DNA of 63,581 bases, filler included. It is 9 parts of 9 records of this genome, joined end to end, with 100 filler letters (N's around TTAATTAATTAA, not from the genome) between each part and the next. Parts side by side here need not be neighbours in the genome. Positions count along the whole stretch, not along the records: positions 43,562 to 52,036 come from SRR20825010_6158; positions 52,137 to 56,411 come from SRR20825010_6170; positions 56,512 to 59,967 come from SRR20825010_6177; 6 more parts are not named here. The stretch is one strand, 5' to 3'. The notes under the pieces were generated by a model that saw only the letters and a list, made by a program, of their open reading frames with translations, ran no database searches and had not been told where the DNA came from. Shown in pieces: positions 50,821 through 60,067 of the stretch (position 1 is its first letter; every line of letters starts with the position of its first letter). A program made the translations under genes and the position numbers.

Positions 50821-51854
50821 CGGGAAAACTCCGGCAGGGTGTTGAAACCAATCGCGCGGTGGCGGCGCGCGATCTCGTCGGGGGTGGCGGTCAGGGCATG
50901 CAGGGCACCAAAGCCCCCAACCGCGAAAGAGGCAGAAACGGTGCCGCAGGCCGCAGCATGGCGGACGTCCCGCCCCGCCAGGTATCCGGCCGCAAAGCCG
51001 CCGCAAAATGCATCACCTGCACCGACCGGATCGGGGGCATCGACCTCCAGCGCCGGAACATGAACGATCCGGTCCGTATCACGGTCCAGCAGCAGCGCGC
51101 CCTCTGCGCCGATCTTGACGGCCAGAACCGCAGACGTGGTCCGGCCCAGATCCATTAGGGCCGCAGCGGGCGAAAGGCCCGGACGCATCGCCGCAAGTTC
51201 CTTTTGGCTGGGAAGAAAGATGTCGACCTGTCCTGCCAGCGTCTCGACTTCGCGCGGGGATTGGGCACCCGACGACCCGGGATCAAGCGACAGGATCGCC
51301 CCGCGCGCCCGGAACGCGGCGATCAAGTCAGCCTGTGCCGACAAATTTTCGGGGGCGAGATGCACGATGCGCGGTCCGGGCGCCGCCCGCAGCGCTTGAT
51401 CGACCGACACCGGGTAGAGTTGGCGTAGTGCGCCAAAGCCAAGCCCCTCAGGGGTGCGCGTCTGCAGGCGGGAGAGAAACCGCGCGCGATCCTCGGCATC
51501 CAACGGCTCGGCAAAGCCGAACGCTTGGAACACTTGGGATGGCGCATACAGATGATCGACACGCGATCCGTCGGCGTTGTTCAGGAACCACTCAGTCTCG
51601 CTAACCTCTTCGGGCGCACGATCGATCCCGTCGCAGCCGATGCCGGCCGCGCGCAGCCGGTCTAGCAGCGCGTCGGGGTAATTTGCCGCGACATTGCCCG
51701 CCAGCGCCACCCGGTCAGACCAGAGTCGGGCGCCGACCGCCGAATAGACGGCATTGCCGCCCATCTGTTCCAGCGACACGCGCCCGTCGGCGGTGATCAC
51801 GCTGTCGCGGATCACCCCCCCGGTCGTCAGGATATGTGCATCGGTATCGGTCAT
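50817..51854 (-). CDS. PfkB/ribokinase family carbohydrate kinase
   Basis: MGGNAVYSAVG, LSLDP, FLPSQKE, VKIGAEG, DPVGAGDAFCGGF. Confidence 0.92.
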   Translation of the reverse strand: MTDTDAHILTTGGVIRDSVITADGRVSLEQMGGNAVYSAVGARLWSDRVALAGNVAANYPDALLDRLRAAGIGCDGIDRAPEEVSETEWFLNNADGSRVDHLYAPSQVFQAFGFAEPLDAEDRARFLSRLQTRTPEGLGFGALRQLYPVSVDQALRAAPGPRIVHLAPENLSAQADLIAAFRARGAILSLDPGSSGAQSPREVETLAGQVDIFLPSQKELAAMRPGLSPAAALMDLGRTTSAVLAVKIGAEGALLLDRDTDRIVHVPALEVDAPDPVGAGDAFCGGFAAGYLAGRDVRHAAACGTVSASFAVGGFGALHALTATPDEIARRHRAIGFNTLPEFSR

Positions 51855-52036
51855 GTCGCCTGAAGGTGGCCCGGATACCCGAGGTTGCGGGCGAACCGCG
51901 CCTCGGCAAAGTGATAGGCCACGAGGTGCAGCGGCACAGAATAAACCAGCGGCGCCAGAGCGTCGTCGACCTGCGGCATCCGCCAGCTGTGGGCGATGCG
52001 GCTGTCGATCTCGTCATCGGGCCCCGGAATCAGAGC
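51851..52036 (-). CDS. SIS-domain (GlmS/FrlB/AgaS-like) protein, C-terminal 61 aa; absent from the ORF track
   Basis: My translation: ALIPGPDDEIDSRIAHSWRMPQVDDALAPLVYSVPLHLVAYHFAEARFARNLGYPGHLQAT*; aligns by eye with glmS in this window (MPEVNEIVAPILYALPVQLIAYH); stop overlaps the kinase ATG. Confidence 0.7.
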   Translation of the reverse strand, partial: ALIPGPDDEIDSRIAHSWRMPQVDDALAPLVYSVPLHLVAYHFAEARFARNLGYPGHLQAT

Positions 52037-52136
52037 NNNNNNNNNNNNNNNNNNNNNNNNNNNNNNNNNNNNNNNNNNNNTTAATTAATTAANNNNNNNN
52101 NNNNNNNNNNNNNNNNNNNNNNNNNNNNNNNNNNNN
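52037..52136. other. Artificial contig spacer
   Basis: N44-TTAATTAATTAA-N44. Confidence 0.98.
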
Positions 52137-52138
52137 GC

Positions 52139-52783
52139 GTGGGTGAGCCCTGGAACCAACAGGCTGTTTTCAAGGGAATCGGTGTGCCGGTGACTACCAA
52201 CTACGATATCTGGAAAAACAATCCTGAAAAAGTATTTGTGATGTCAAAATCCTTTGTGGAGCAATATCCAAACACGGCCATTGCAGTGACAAAAGCCCTT
52301 ATCCGAGCTGGGAAATGGCTGGATACTCCGGGCAACAGACCAACAGCTGTGGGTATTCTTTCCATGCCCGCTTATGTTGGAGCGGATTCTGTTGTGATCG
52401 CCAACTCGATGACGGGAACTTTTGAATTTGAAAAAGGCGACACGCGTTCCATGCCTGATTTCAACGTGTTTTTCCGTTATCACGCCACCTATCCATTTTA
52501 TTCGGACGGTATCTGGTTCCTGACGCAAATGAGACGATGGGGACAGATTCCTGAAAGCAAGCCTGCTGAATGGTACAGCGAAACAATAAAGAACATTTAT
52601 CGCCCGGACATCTGGGAAAAGGCCGCAGCACTGTTGGTTGAAGAAGGCAATCTGGCAGCCGCAGAAGTACCAAAAACAGACGGCTTCAAAGCGCCAACTT
52701 CGGACTTCATCGACGGAATTACCTACGATGGAAAAGATCCTGTTGGCTACATCAACAGTTTCAAAATAGGAAACAAGGACTAA
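52139..52783 (+). CDS. NrtA/CmpA-family ABC substrate-binding protein, C-terminal part
   Basis: [45 protein letters not shown]. Confidence 0.9.
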   Translation: MGEPWNQQAVFKGIGVPVTTNYDIWKNNPEKVFVMSKSFVEQYPNTAIAVTKALIRAGKWLDTPGNRPTAVGILSMPAYVGADSVVIANSMTGTFEFEKGDTRSMPDFNVFFRYHATYPFYSDGIWFLTQMRRWGQIPESKPAEWYSETIKNIYRPDIWEKAAALLVEEGNLAAAEVPKTDGFKAPTSDFIDGITYDGKDPVGYINSFKIGNKD

Positions 52784-52803
52784 AGAGCCAAAGGTTGGTT
52801 ACT

Positions 52804-52834
52804 AAGAGGGTCAGGCTTGTTCTGCCCTCTTTTT
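52804..52834 (+). terminator. Intra-operon hairpin (partial terminator or mRNA stabiliser)
   Basis: AAGAGGG..CAG ... CTG-CCCTCTT followed by T-run, between binding-protein and permease genes. Confidence 0.55.
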
Positions 52835-52875
52835 ATAAAACCGATGCTCATTCAAATTGACAAACTGATAGACAA

Positions 52876-53967
52876 ATGAAGGACAAATCAATTCGAACAC
52901 TAAAATTTATAGGACTTGGTTTTATTGAACCCTTGATCCGACTGTTTAGCGGTGAGGAGCCTAAGAAGAACCTCGGCGTATTCATCCAAAAGACGATCTA
53001 CCCGATAGCATCCATATTCGTTTTTTTGCTTTTGTGGCATACGGGAGCCTCTGCGCTTTATAAAAAAGAAGCGAGCGCACGCATCGAAAAAGCCCGAACG
53101 GAACAAGGTGAGGAAGCAGCCATCGCCATGGCTGAATGCATCGAATCGGGAGATGTGAGTTGTAAACCAAACACATTACCCTCCCCTGCTCAGGTATTTG
53201 AGGCCTCTCAGGCATTGTGGCGAGATCATATGGAAATCTCTGGCAAGAAGAGCGATTTCAAAGAAAAAACTGCCTCCATCAACGCCAAACGTGCCGACCA
53301 GGGACTTTCACCAATCAAATACACAGGAAGGCCCTCTTTCATGGACCAGATTGGCACCAGTCTGAAGACAGTGGCCGCAGGATTTCTCCTCGCTTTGTTT
53401 GTGGCTGTTCCTTTAGGAATTATTATCGGGCTCAGCGACGTACTTCGAAACTCCTTCAACTGGCTGATTCAGATCTTAAAACCTGTTTCACCTGTGGTTT
53501 GGCTACTGCTCGTTTTTATGATCGTAAAGACAGTAATTACCGATCCGGATCTGGACAAATCCTTCATCATCTCCTTTATCAGTGTGGGCCTTTGCGCCAT
53601 GTGGGCCACCCTCATCAACACCAGCATGGGCGTAGCTACGGTAGATAAAGACTACATCAATGTTTCAAAAGTGCTCAAACTGAGCATCTTCCAAAACATT
53701 TTCAAAATCGTCCTTCCTGCATCATTTCCTTTGATTTTTACAGGATTACGGATCACCACCTCTGTGGCCTGGATGGTCTTGATAGCCATTGAATTGCTGG
53801 CGCAAAGTCCGGGACTGGGTTCGTTTGTATGGGAGGAATTCCAAAATGGAGCCAATGACTCCAACGCTAAAATCATTGTGGCCATGTTCGTGATCGGGAT
53901 TATCGGATTCTTGCTCGACCGCATCATGCTCACCGTTCAAAACCTGATGACCTTCAACAAAGCATAA
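52876..53967 (+). CDS. NrtB-like nitrate ABC transporter permease
   Basis: [53 protein letters not shown]. Confidence 0.9.
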   Translation: MKDKSIRTLKFIGLGFIEPLIRLFSGEEPKKNLGVFIQKTIYPIASIFVFLLLWHTGASALYKKEASARIEKARTEQGEEAAIAMAECIESGDVSCKPNTLPSPAQVFEASQALWRDHMEISGKKSDFKEKTASINAKRADQGLSPIKYTGRPSFMDQIGTSLKTVAAGFLLALFVAVPLGIIIGLSDVLRNSFNWLIQILKPVSPVVWLLLVFMIVKTVITDPDLDKSFIISFISVGLCAMWATLINTSMGVATVDKDYINVSKVLKLSIFQNIFKIVLPASFPLIFTGLRITTSVAWMVLIAIELLAQSPGLGSFVWEEFQNGANDSNAKIIVAMFVIGIIGFLLDRIMLTVQNLMTFNKA

Positions 53968-53969
53968 TC

Positions 53970-54854
53970 ATGGCGCTACTCGAACTTAAAAACGTATGCA
54001 AGTCTTATGGTATGGGTGCTTCGAAAGTCGATGTGCTTTCGGATATTAACCTTTCTGTGGAAGAAGGTGAATTTGTAGCCATTGTGGGCTTTTCGGGGAG
54101 CGGAAAAACCACCTTGATCAACATGATCAATGGACTTGACTTCCCTGACAAAGGAGAAGTGTCACTTCATGGCGAACCGATTACCGGACCGGGTCCGGAT
54201 CGCGGGGTAATCTTTCAGAACTACTCACTCCTGCCTTGGCTTTCGGTTTATAAAAATGTAAAACTTTCGGTTGACGAGGTTTTCCCTGAGTTAACCAAAA
54301 AGGAAAAGGACGCACATATCCGTAAATACATCGGTATGGTGAACCTCACTCCTGCCATCGACAAAATGCCCTCTGAGCTATCCGGTGGCATGCGCCAACG
54401 GGTGTCTGTGGCAAGAGCTTTGGCAATGAATCCGGAGGTATTGCTGATGGATGAACCACTTAGTGCGCTGGATGCATTGACGCGTGGATCGCTGCAGGAA
54501 GAAATTGTCCGGATCTGGAGTCAGGATAAAAAAACGGCTATCCTCATCACCAACGACGTAGATGAAGGAATCCTGATGGCCGATCGCATCATTCCTTTGA
54601 CACTTGGGCCAAAGGCAACTTTGGGCCCGGAATTCAAAGTAAACTTCGAACGACCAAGGATTGTGACAGAGATCAACAAAGATTCGAATTACAAAAAACT
54701 CAGAAACAACATCCTGGAATACCTGATGGAAATCGGGACAACACGAAGACAAACCAGTGATCAGAAATACATTCTTCCAGACCTGAAGCCGAGCATGCCC
54801 GGACGTGTGTTTTTCGGAAGAAAAAAGAAGAGTGAGAAAGTCAACTATTTCTAA
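53970..54854 (+). CDS. Nitrate-type ABC ATP-binding subunit 1
   Basis: [45 protein letters not shown]. Confidence 0.92.
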   Translation: MALLELKNVCKSYGMGASKVDVLSDINLSVEEGEFVAIVGFSGSGKTTLINMINGLDFPDKGEVSLHGEPITGPGPDRGVIFQNYSLLPWLSVYKNVKLSVDEVFPELTKKEKDAHIRKYIGMVNLTPAIDKMPSELSGGMRQRVSVARALAMNPEVLLMDEPLSALDALTRGSLQEEIVRIWSQDKKTAILITNDVDEGILMADRIIPLTLGPKATLGPEFKVNFERPRIVTEINKDSNYKKLRNNILEYLMEIGTTRRQTSDQKYILPDLKPSMPGRVFFGRKKKSEKVNYF

Positions 54855-54872
54855 TCACCAAAGACGAAGACA

Positions 54873-55691
54873 ATGGAAGCAGTTTTAAAAAAAGAAATTC
54901 AAATCAACCCCCATCTGGAAAACAAACCTGAGATGTTGGTGTGTAAAGACCTTCGCAAGGTTTACCCAACACCAAAGGGAGACTATGTCGTACTCGACAA
55001 ACTTCAGTTGAGCATTCGGCAAGGGGAATTTGTTTCGATCATTGGTCATTCGGGTTGTGGCAAATCGACTTTGCTCACCATGATTGCCGGATTGAATGAA
55101 ATAAGCGGCGGGAAGGTACTGGTGGATCGTGAGGAAATCCGTGGAGCCGGGCCAGACCGTGCCGTGGTATTTCAATCCCCCAGTCTATTGCCGTGGCTTA
55201 CAGCCATGCAAAACGTGATGATTGGCGTGAAGCAGGTTTTCCCCGGAGCATCAAAGGCAGAGAAGGAAGAAATCTGCAAGTATTATCTGGACAAAGTTGG
55301 TTTGGGAAATGATTTCCATAAAAAGGCCACTTCCCTTTCGCAGGGCATGCAACAGCGTGTGGGTATTGCCCGGGCTTTTGCTTTAAAACCAAAAATCCTG
55401 CTTCTTGATGAACCGTTTGGAATGCTGGACTCACTGACAAGAGGCGAACTTCAAGATGTCCTTTTGGAAATATGGCAAAAGGAGAAAATCACTGCGGTGG
55501 CTATCACCCACGATGTAGATGAATCCATCTTCCTCGCCGATCGGGTGATTATGATGACAAGTGGTCCTTATGCCAAAATCGGGGATGAGCTGGTCATTCC
55601 TTTCGAGCGACCAAGAAACAGAAAGGATGTATTGGAGCATCCGGATTACTACGATTACAGGGGTTATCTCATTGATTTCCTGAATCATTAA
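54873..55691 (+). CDS. Nitrate-type ABC ATP-binding subunit 2
   Basis: GHSGCGKST, LSQGMQQR, LLLDEPFGMLD, ITHDVDE. Confidence 0.92.
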   Translation: MEAVLKKEIQINPHLENKPEMLVCKDLRKVYPTPKGDYVVLDKLQLSIRQGEFVSIIGHSGCGKSTLLTMIAGLNEISGGKVLVDREEIRGAGPDRAVVFQSPSLLPWLTAMQNVMIGVKQVFPGASKAEKEEICKYYLDKVGLGNDFHKKATSLSQGMQQRVGIARAFALKPKILLLDEPFGMLDSLTRGELQDVLLEIWQKEKITAVAITHDVDESIFLADRVIMMTSGPYAKIGDELVIPFERPRNRKDVLEHPDYYDYRGYLIDFLNH

Positions 55692-55719
55692 GAGACGAAC
55701 AATTTTCATTTGTCTAAGT

Positions 55720-55764
55720 CGATTGACGCGCCGCTACTCCGGTGGTGGCGTGTTCAATCGCTTT
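55720..55764 (+). terminator. Long imperfect hairpin after the nitrate transporter operon
   Basis: CGATTGACGCGCCGCTAC / GTGGTGGCGTGTTCAATCG pair with G-U wobbles and one bulge; short T-run. Confidence 0.55.
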
Positions 55765-55888
55765 GGTGTGCCCGGAAACTGAGCGAGAATTGCACATAAA
55801 CTACACAGAAAGTCAAAAATTCCTGCCCAGTTGCTCAACTAATCCATTGGTATGTTAACTTAGTTGCTTTAAGTACCCAGCGATTAAA

Positions 55889-56411
55889 ATGAAAAAACAG
55901 ATTCTATTTCTCTTCACAACACTGGTTCTCGTTGTTGAAACTACTCTGGCTCAAAAGGCTGTCAATGTTGTTGCCCTGGAATATGGCGCCACACTACTCG
56001 AAGTGCCTCCATCCCAAGTATCGATGACGGACAGGGAGCATTTGGCCAAATATTCAGCTGGCGCCCTGTTTGACCAAACCGACAACAAGTGGAATTCCAA
56101 AGGCACCAATTTCCCTTTTGTATTCCTGATCGAGTTGGCCGAAGAGTATAACATCCAAAAATTCGAATTTGACAACCGATGTGATTACTATCCGGGTATC
56201 GAAACCAAAGGTGTTCGAGTGGAATTTTCAACAGAAAACAAGGATAGCGGCTTTCGAACGGTGGGTGAATATGATCTTGAATATGAAAAGCTCAACACCT
56301 TTAACATTACCCCTCAAAAAACACGCTGGATTCGATTGAGCATTTTGAGCAATCACGGTCCCTATGACAAAGTTCAGTTGGCCGAATTTAAAGCCTTCGG
56401 AGTGCCTGGAA
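55889..56411 (+). CDS. Secreted discoidin/F5-8 type C-like domain protein (truncated)
   Basis: Signal peptide; LFD....KW.S, IELAE, RWIRLSILSNHG....VQLAEFKAFG jelly-roll pattern. Confidence 0.65.
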
Positions 56412-56511
56412 NNNNNNNNNNNNNNNNNNNNNNNNNNNNNNNNNNNNNNNNNNNNTTAATTAATTAANNNNNNNNNNNNNNNNNNNNNNNNNNNNNNNNN
56501 NNNNNNNNNNN
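56412..56511. other. Artificial contig spacer
   Basis: N44-TTAATTAATTAA-N44. Confidence 0.98.
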
Positions 56512-56512
56512 T

Positions 56513-56998
56513 TCGATTGCCATCATGGAAGGCGGCTATGTTGTCCAGCACGGCACCCCGGAAGACATCGCCTTGCGCCCGGCCAATGAATATGTTGCCG
56601 ATTTTGTCGCCCATATGAACCCGGTCCACATCCTGCGTGGTCGTGCAATCATGCACAGCGTCACCAAGGAGGAACGCACCAGTTCCGGTGATATTGCGCT
56701 TGATGATCACGACATGCACATCACGGTTAAAGATGGCGTTGTTCAATCGGCAACAAGTGGCAAAAACGGCGCCCTTACGCTGATCCATTACGATGGCACG
56801 CTTCCTGCCGAGTTCGACGGGACCGACAATTCAGTTGTCTTTGTCGCTCAGGATGATGTGTTGCTCAAAGATTTGATTGATATGCGCTCAATCACTCAAA
56901 ACCCGGTCATTCTGACACGTGATGGCAAAATTTCGGGCACCTTGGGCCGCAAGGAATTCTTTGACAGCCTGACACAGACGGCAAGCATCGCCGACTGA
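56513..56998 (+). CDS. Glycine betaine/choline ABC transporter ATP-binding subunit, C-terminal part
   Basis: IAIMEGG.VVQ.GTPEDI..RPANEYVADFVAHMNP (ProV/ChoV type). Confidence 0.85.
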   Translation, partial: SIAIMEGGYVVQHGTPEDIALRPANEYVADFVAHMNPVHILRGRAIMHSVTKEERTSSGDIALDDHDMHITVKDGVVQSATSGKNGALTLIHYDGTLPAEFDGTDNSVVFVAQDDVLLKDLIDMRSITQNPVILTRDGKISGTLGRKEFFDSLTQTASIAD

Positions 56999-57022
56999 TT
57001 TCACATCATCACTGTAATAAAT

Positions 57023-57054
57023 AAAGGGCGGCTCCTTCATGGGCCGCCCTTCTT
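57023..57054. terminator. Terminator between convergent genes
   Basis: AAGGGCGGC / GCCGCCCTT 9-bp stem with A-rich and T-rich flanks. Confidence 0.7.
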
Positions 57055-57076
57055 CTATGGGAAATACCGATAAACG

Positions 57077-57328
57077 TTACCCGCCGGTCACCGGTGGAAA
57101 CAGTGCCACTTCACTGGCACCCACTACGATGGTTTCGGGTGTCGCATATTCCTGATCGACGGCAACCCGAATGATGGCGGGGTCCGCCAATGCAGCGGCG
57201 AAATTCGCCCCGCGTCCGGGCATCCATGCCAAAAAGTCGGCAACGGTTTTGACATCATCGGGCAAGTCGACAGTTTCCTCAGCCATGCCGATGCGGTCTT
57301 TGACCCACGAAAAATAGACCAGTTTCAT
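57077..57328 (-). CDS. moaD: Molybdopterin converting factor small subunit (sulfur carrier)
   Basis: MKLVYFSWV...IG..EE, RVAVDQ, EVALFPPVTGG with C-terminal GG. Confidence 0.92.
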   Translation of the reverse strand: MKLVYFSWVKDRIGMAEETVDLPDDVKTVADFLAWMPGRGANFAAALADPAIIRVAVDQEYATPETIVVGASEVALFPPVTGG

Positions 57329-57452
57329 TTGTTCTTCCGCACTTCGAATTCATCTGTTTGCGCATCGTTGCGCAATCATAGTGATCGCACAAGTCCTGAT
57401 CGCGCTTAGGCACACATAACCGGCGGCAATTGCCTGCTTGCCGGTTTCAACC

Positions 57453-57519
57453 TTGCAGCACCCCCAAATTTCGCATATATAATGAAAATCACCTTACAAA
57501 AGTGATAGTGTCTTACAAA
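57453..57519 (+). promoter_or_regulatory. Candidate sigma70 promoter and operator repeats for the TRAP operon
   Basis: TTGCAG (57453) then TATATAAT (57476-57483); downstream CTTACAAA direct repeats at 57493 and 57512 and ATCAC-N9-GTGAT inverted repeat. Confidence 0.45.
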
Positions 57520-57542
57520 CAAAGCATCTAGGGAGGCATCAG

Positions 57543-58544
57543 ATGACACGCACCTTCACCCGCCGTTCAATCCTGGCAACAGGACTTGCCGCAATTGGCA
57601 CCGTCGCACTGCTTGGTTTTGGCAATCCGGCAACCGCCGCTGATAAAACCAATCTCCGTTTTTCGGCTGTTTTCTCGGAACAGGACATCCGGGCTGACAT
57701 GATGAAGAAGTTCGCTGCTGATCTTGGCGACACTTATAATGTCGAGCTGTATTACGGCGGCAACCTGTTCAAGCAAACCACCGAGATCCTTGCGATCCAG
57801 CGTGGAAACCTTGAAATGGGCAACGTTTCACCGCAGGACATCGCAACACAGGTTCCGGCTTTCTCAATCCTGAGTTCGGCCTATTTGTTCCGCGATGGCG
57901 ATCACATGCGGACATTCTTCAAAAGCGATGCTGGCAAGGAAATGAAGGCACTGGCCGAAGACCAGCTGGGCATTCATATTCTCGGCCCAACCTATTTTGG
58001 CACGCGTCAGGTCGGCCTGCGTACGGATCAGAAGATCAACACGCCTGAAGATATGGCAGACATCAAATTGCGTATGCCCGGCGGCGATGCTTGGCAGTTC
58101 CTTGGCAAGGCACTTGGTGCCAACCCGACACCGATGGCATATGCAGAAGTCTATACCGGCCTTCAGACCGGTGCGATTGATGGTCAGGACAATCCGCTTC
58201 CAAACGTCGAGAACATGAAGTTCTATGAAGTCATGAAGCAGATCGCGTTGACCTCGCACCTTGTTGCCTATGACATGCTGGTTGTTTCATCCAAAGTCTG
58301 GGATGGCCTGAGCGCTGACGAACAGGCTGCCTTCCAGAAAGCAGCCGATGACGCCATTAACTGGAGTCAGGAACAGCATCTTGCACGTGAACAGAAACTG
58401 GCGGACTTCTTCAAGGAACAAGGCCTTGAAATCTATACGCCGGATGTTGCTGCCTTCCGTGCACACGCCCAGAAGATGTATCTTGAATCGGACCTTTCGA
58501 AAGATTGGCCAGAAGGAATGCTTGAACGCATCAATGCGCTTTAA
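57543..58544 (+). CDS. dctP: TRAP transporter substrate-binding protein
   Basis: YFGTRQ, KLRMP (conserved Arg), GANPTPMAYAEVYTGLQTGAIDGQDNP; GGGAGG RBS; twin-Arg-like signal FTRRSIL. Confidence 0.95.
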   Translation: MTRTFTRRSILATGLAAIGTVALLGFGNPATAADKTNLRFSAVFSEQDIRADMMKKFAADLGDTYNVELYYGGNLFKQTTEILAIQRGNLEMGNVSPQDIATQVPAFSILSSAYLFRDGDHMRTFFKSDAGKEMKALAEDQLGIHILGPTYFGTRQVGLRTDQKINTPEDMADIKLRMPGGDAWQFLGKALGANPTPMAYAEVYTGLQTGAIDGQDNPLPNVENMKFYEVMKQIALTSHLVAYDMLVVSSKVWDGLSADEQAAFQKAADDAINWSQEQHLAREQKLADFFKEQGLEIYTPDVAAFRAHAQKMYLESDLSKDWPEGMLERINAL

Positions 58545-58574
58545 GCACCGTCTCTTATGACGTCAAGATAACAC

Positions 58575-58602
58575 CGCGCGCAGGGCTCAAACCCTGCGCG
58601 CG
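58575..58602 (+). terminator. Intergenic hairpin between dctP and dctQ (likely mRNA stabiliser)
   Basis: CGCGCGCAGGG-CTCAAA-CCCTGCGCGCG 11-bp perfect stem, no U-tract. Confidence 0.55.
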
Positions 58603-58620
58603 CAGACTGGGTCACAATAC

Positions 58621-59160
58621 ATGACGAACAAGATCAGACAGATCGGCTCCTGGCTTCATCGCCGGGCCGAGAACATCGCAGCCCTGATGCTTGCGGTAAT
58701 GTTCGGCGCATTCATCGTTCAGGTGGCATTTCGCTATTTGCTGAACTTCCCGATTGGCGGTGCCTCGGAACTCACAATCATCATGTGGCTTTGGATCGTC
58801 CTGTGGGGCGCGGCATTTGTCCTGCGTGAAAATGACGAAATCCGTTTTGATATTGTCTATAGCGCGGTACCGGCAAAAGTCCGCCGTGTCATGACCATAA
58901 TGGCCGCAGCCGCCCTGCTGTTTCTTTACGGGATTTCGCTTCCGGCGACTTGGGATTTCGTGACCTTCATGAAAATTCAGGACACGTCATATCTCGACAT
59001 CCGGTTTGACTGGCTTTTCTCAATCTATGTGATTTTCGCCGTGGCAATCTTGGTTCGTTACACATGGATTATTGTCACAGCAATCCGGGGCAAAGATCCG
59101 CTTTCCGATAGTTTGCACGAACGCGTTCTGGATCACTCTGACACGGATACCCGCCCATGA
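58621..59160 (+). CDS. dctQ: TRAP transporter small permease
   Basis: Four TM helices, QVAFRY, SEL....W.W...WGAA, EIRFD. Confidence 0.92.
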   Translation: MTNKIRQIGSWLHRRAENIAALMLAVMFGAFIVQVAFRYLLNFPIGGASELTIIMWLWIVLWGAAFVLRENDEIRFDIVYSAVPAKVRRVMTIMAAAALLFLYGISLPATWDFVTFMKIQDTSYLDIRFDWLFSIYVIFAVAILVRYTWIIVTAIRGKDPLSDSLHERVLDHSDTDTRP

Positions 59161-59967
59161 GCTTTGTTGATCCTTTCACGCTGTGCGTTGTCTCGATTGT
59201 CTGTCTAAGCCTTCTTGGCTTGCCCATCGGGCACGCAATGATCACGTCATCCATCCTTTATTTACTGGTATCCGGGCTGGATATGGGGACTGCGTCCGAA
59301 CAGCTTCTGAACGGCATGTTTTCAAGCTATATCCTGCTTGCGGTTCCGTTGTTCATTTTGGCTGCCGAACTGATGAATTCCGGCACCATGACAATGCGCT
59401 TGCTTGGCTTCTGCAACGCTGTTGTCGGGCGTTTCCCCGGCGGTCTGGCTTTGGTCAATGTGGTTCAAAGCATCATTTTTGCCGGTATGTCCGGCTCGGC
59501 AATTGCCGATGCTGCTGGCACGGGCAAGATGATGCAACGCATGATGACCGAAGACGGCAAATATCCGCCCGCTTTCGCTGCTGCCTTAACGGCTGCATCG
59601 GCTGTGATTGGCCCGATTATCCCGCCCTCCATCCCGATGGTGGTCTATGCGCTCGTATCAGATGCCTCTATCGGCTATCTGTTTTTGGCGGGTGTTGTTC
59701 CAGGCATCATCATGGGTCTGTTTCAGGCCGGATATATTGTCTTTTCGGCACGTCGCCGCAACTTCCCGGTAGAAGCCCCGGTTCCGCTGCGTGAACTGCC
59801 CAAAGTTACCCTGAATGCATTTCCGGCACTTCTGATGCCTGTTGTGTTATTGGGCGGCATTTATGGCGGTGTGACCACACCGACCGAAGCTGCTGCCATC
59901 GCGGCCCTTTATGCCTTGCTTGTTTCCACACTCCTGTATCGCAGCGTCAGTTTCAGCGCGCTTTATA
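59157..59967 (+). CDS. dctM: TRAP transporter large permease (truncated)
   Basis: LLAVPLFILAAELMN, FAGMSGSAIADAA, IGPIIPPSIP, TPTEAAA. Confidence 0.95.
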
Positions 59968-60067
59968 NNNNNNNNNNNNNNNNNNNNNNNNNNNNNNNNN
60001 NNNNNNNNNNNTTAATTAATTAANNNNNNNNNNNNNNNNNNNNNNNNNNNNNNNNNNNNNNNNNNNN
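59968..60067. other. Artificial contig spacer
   Basis: N44-TTAATTAATTAA-N44. Confidence 0.98.

Noticed and set aside
49342-51006. Cys-rich 62-aa N-terminal extension of the amidohydrolase in the ORF track
   Set aside because: Overlaps the PfkB kinase coding region; the ATGA-coupled start at 50820 gives a normal N-terminus.
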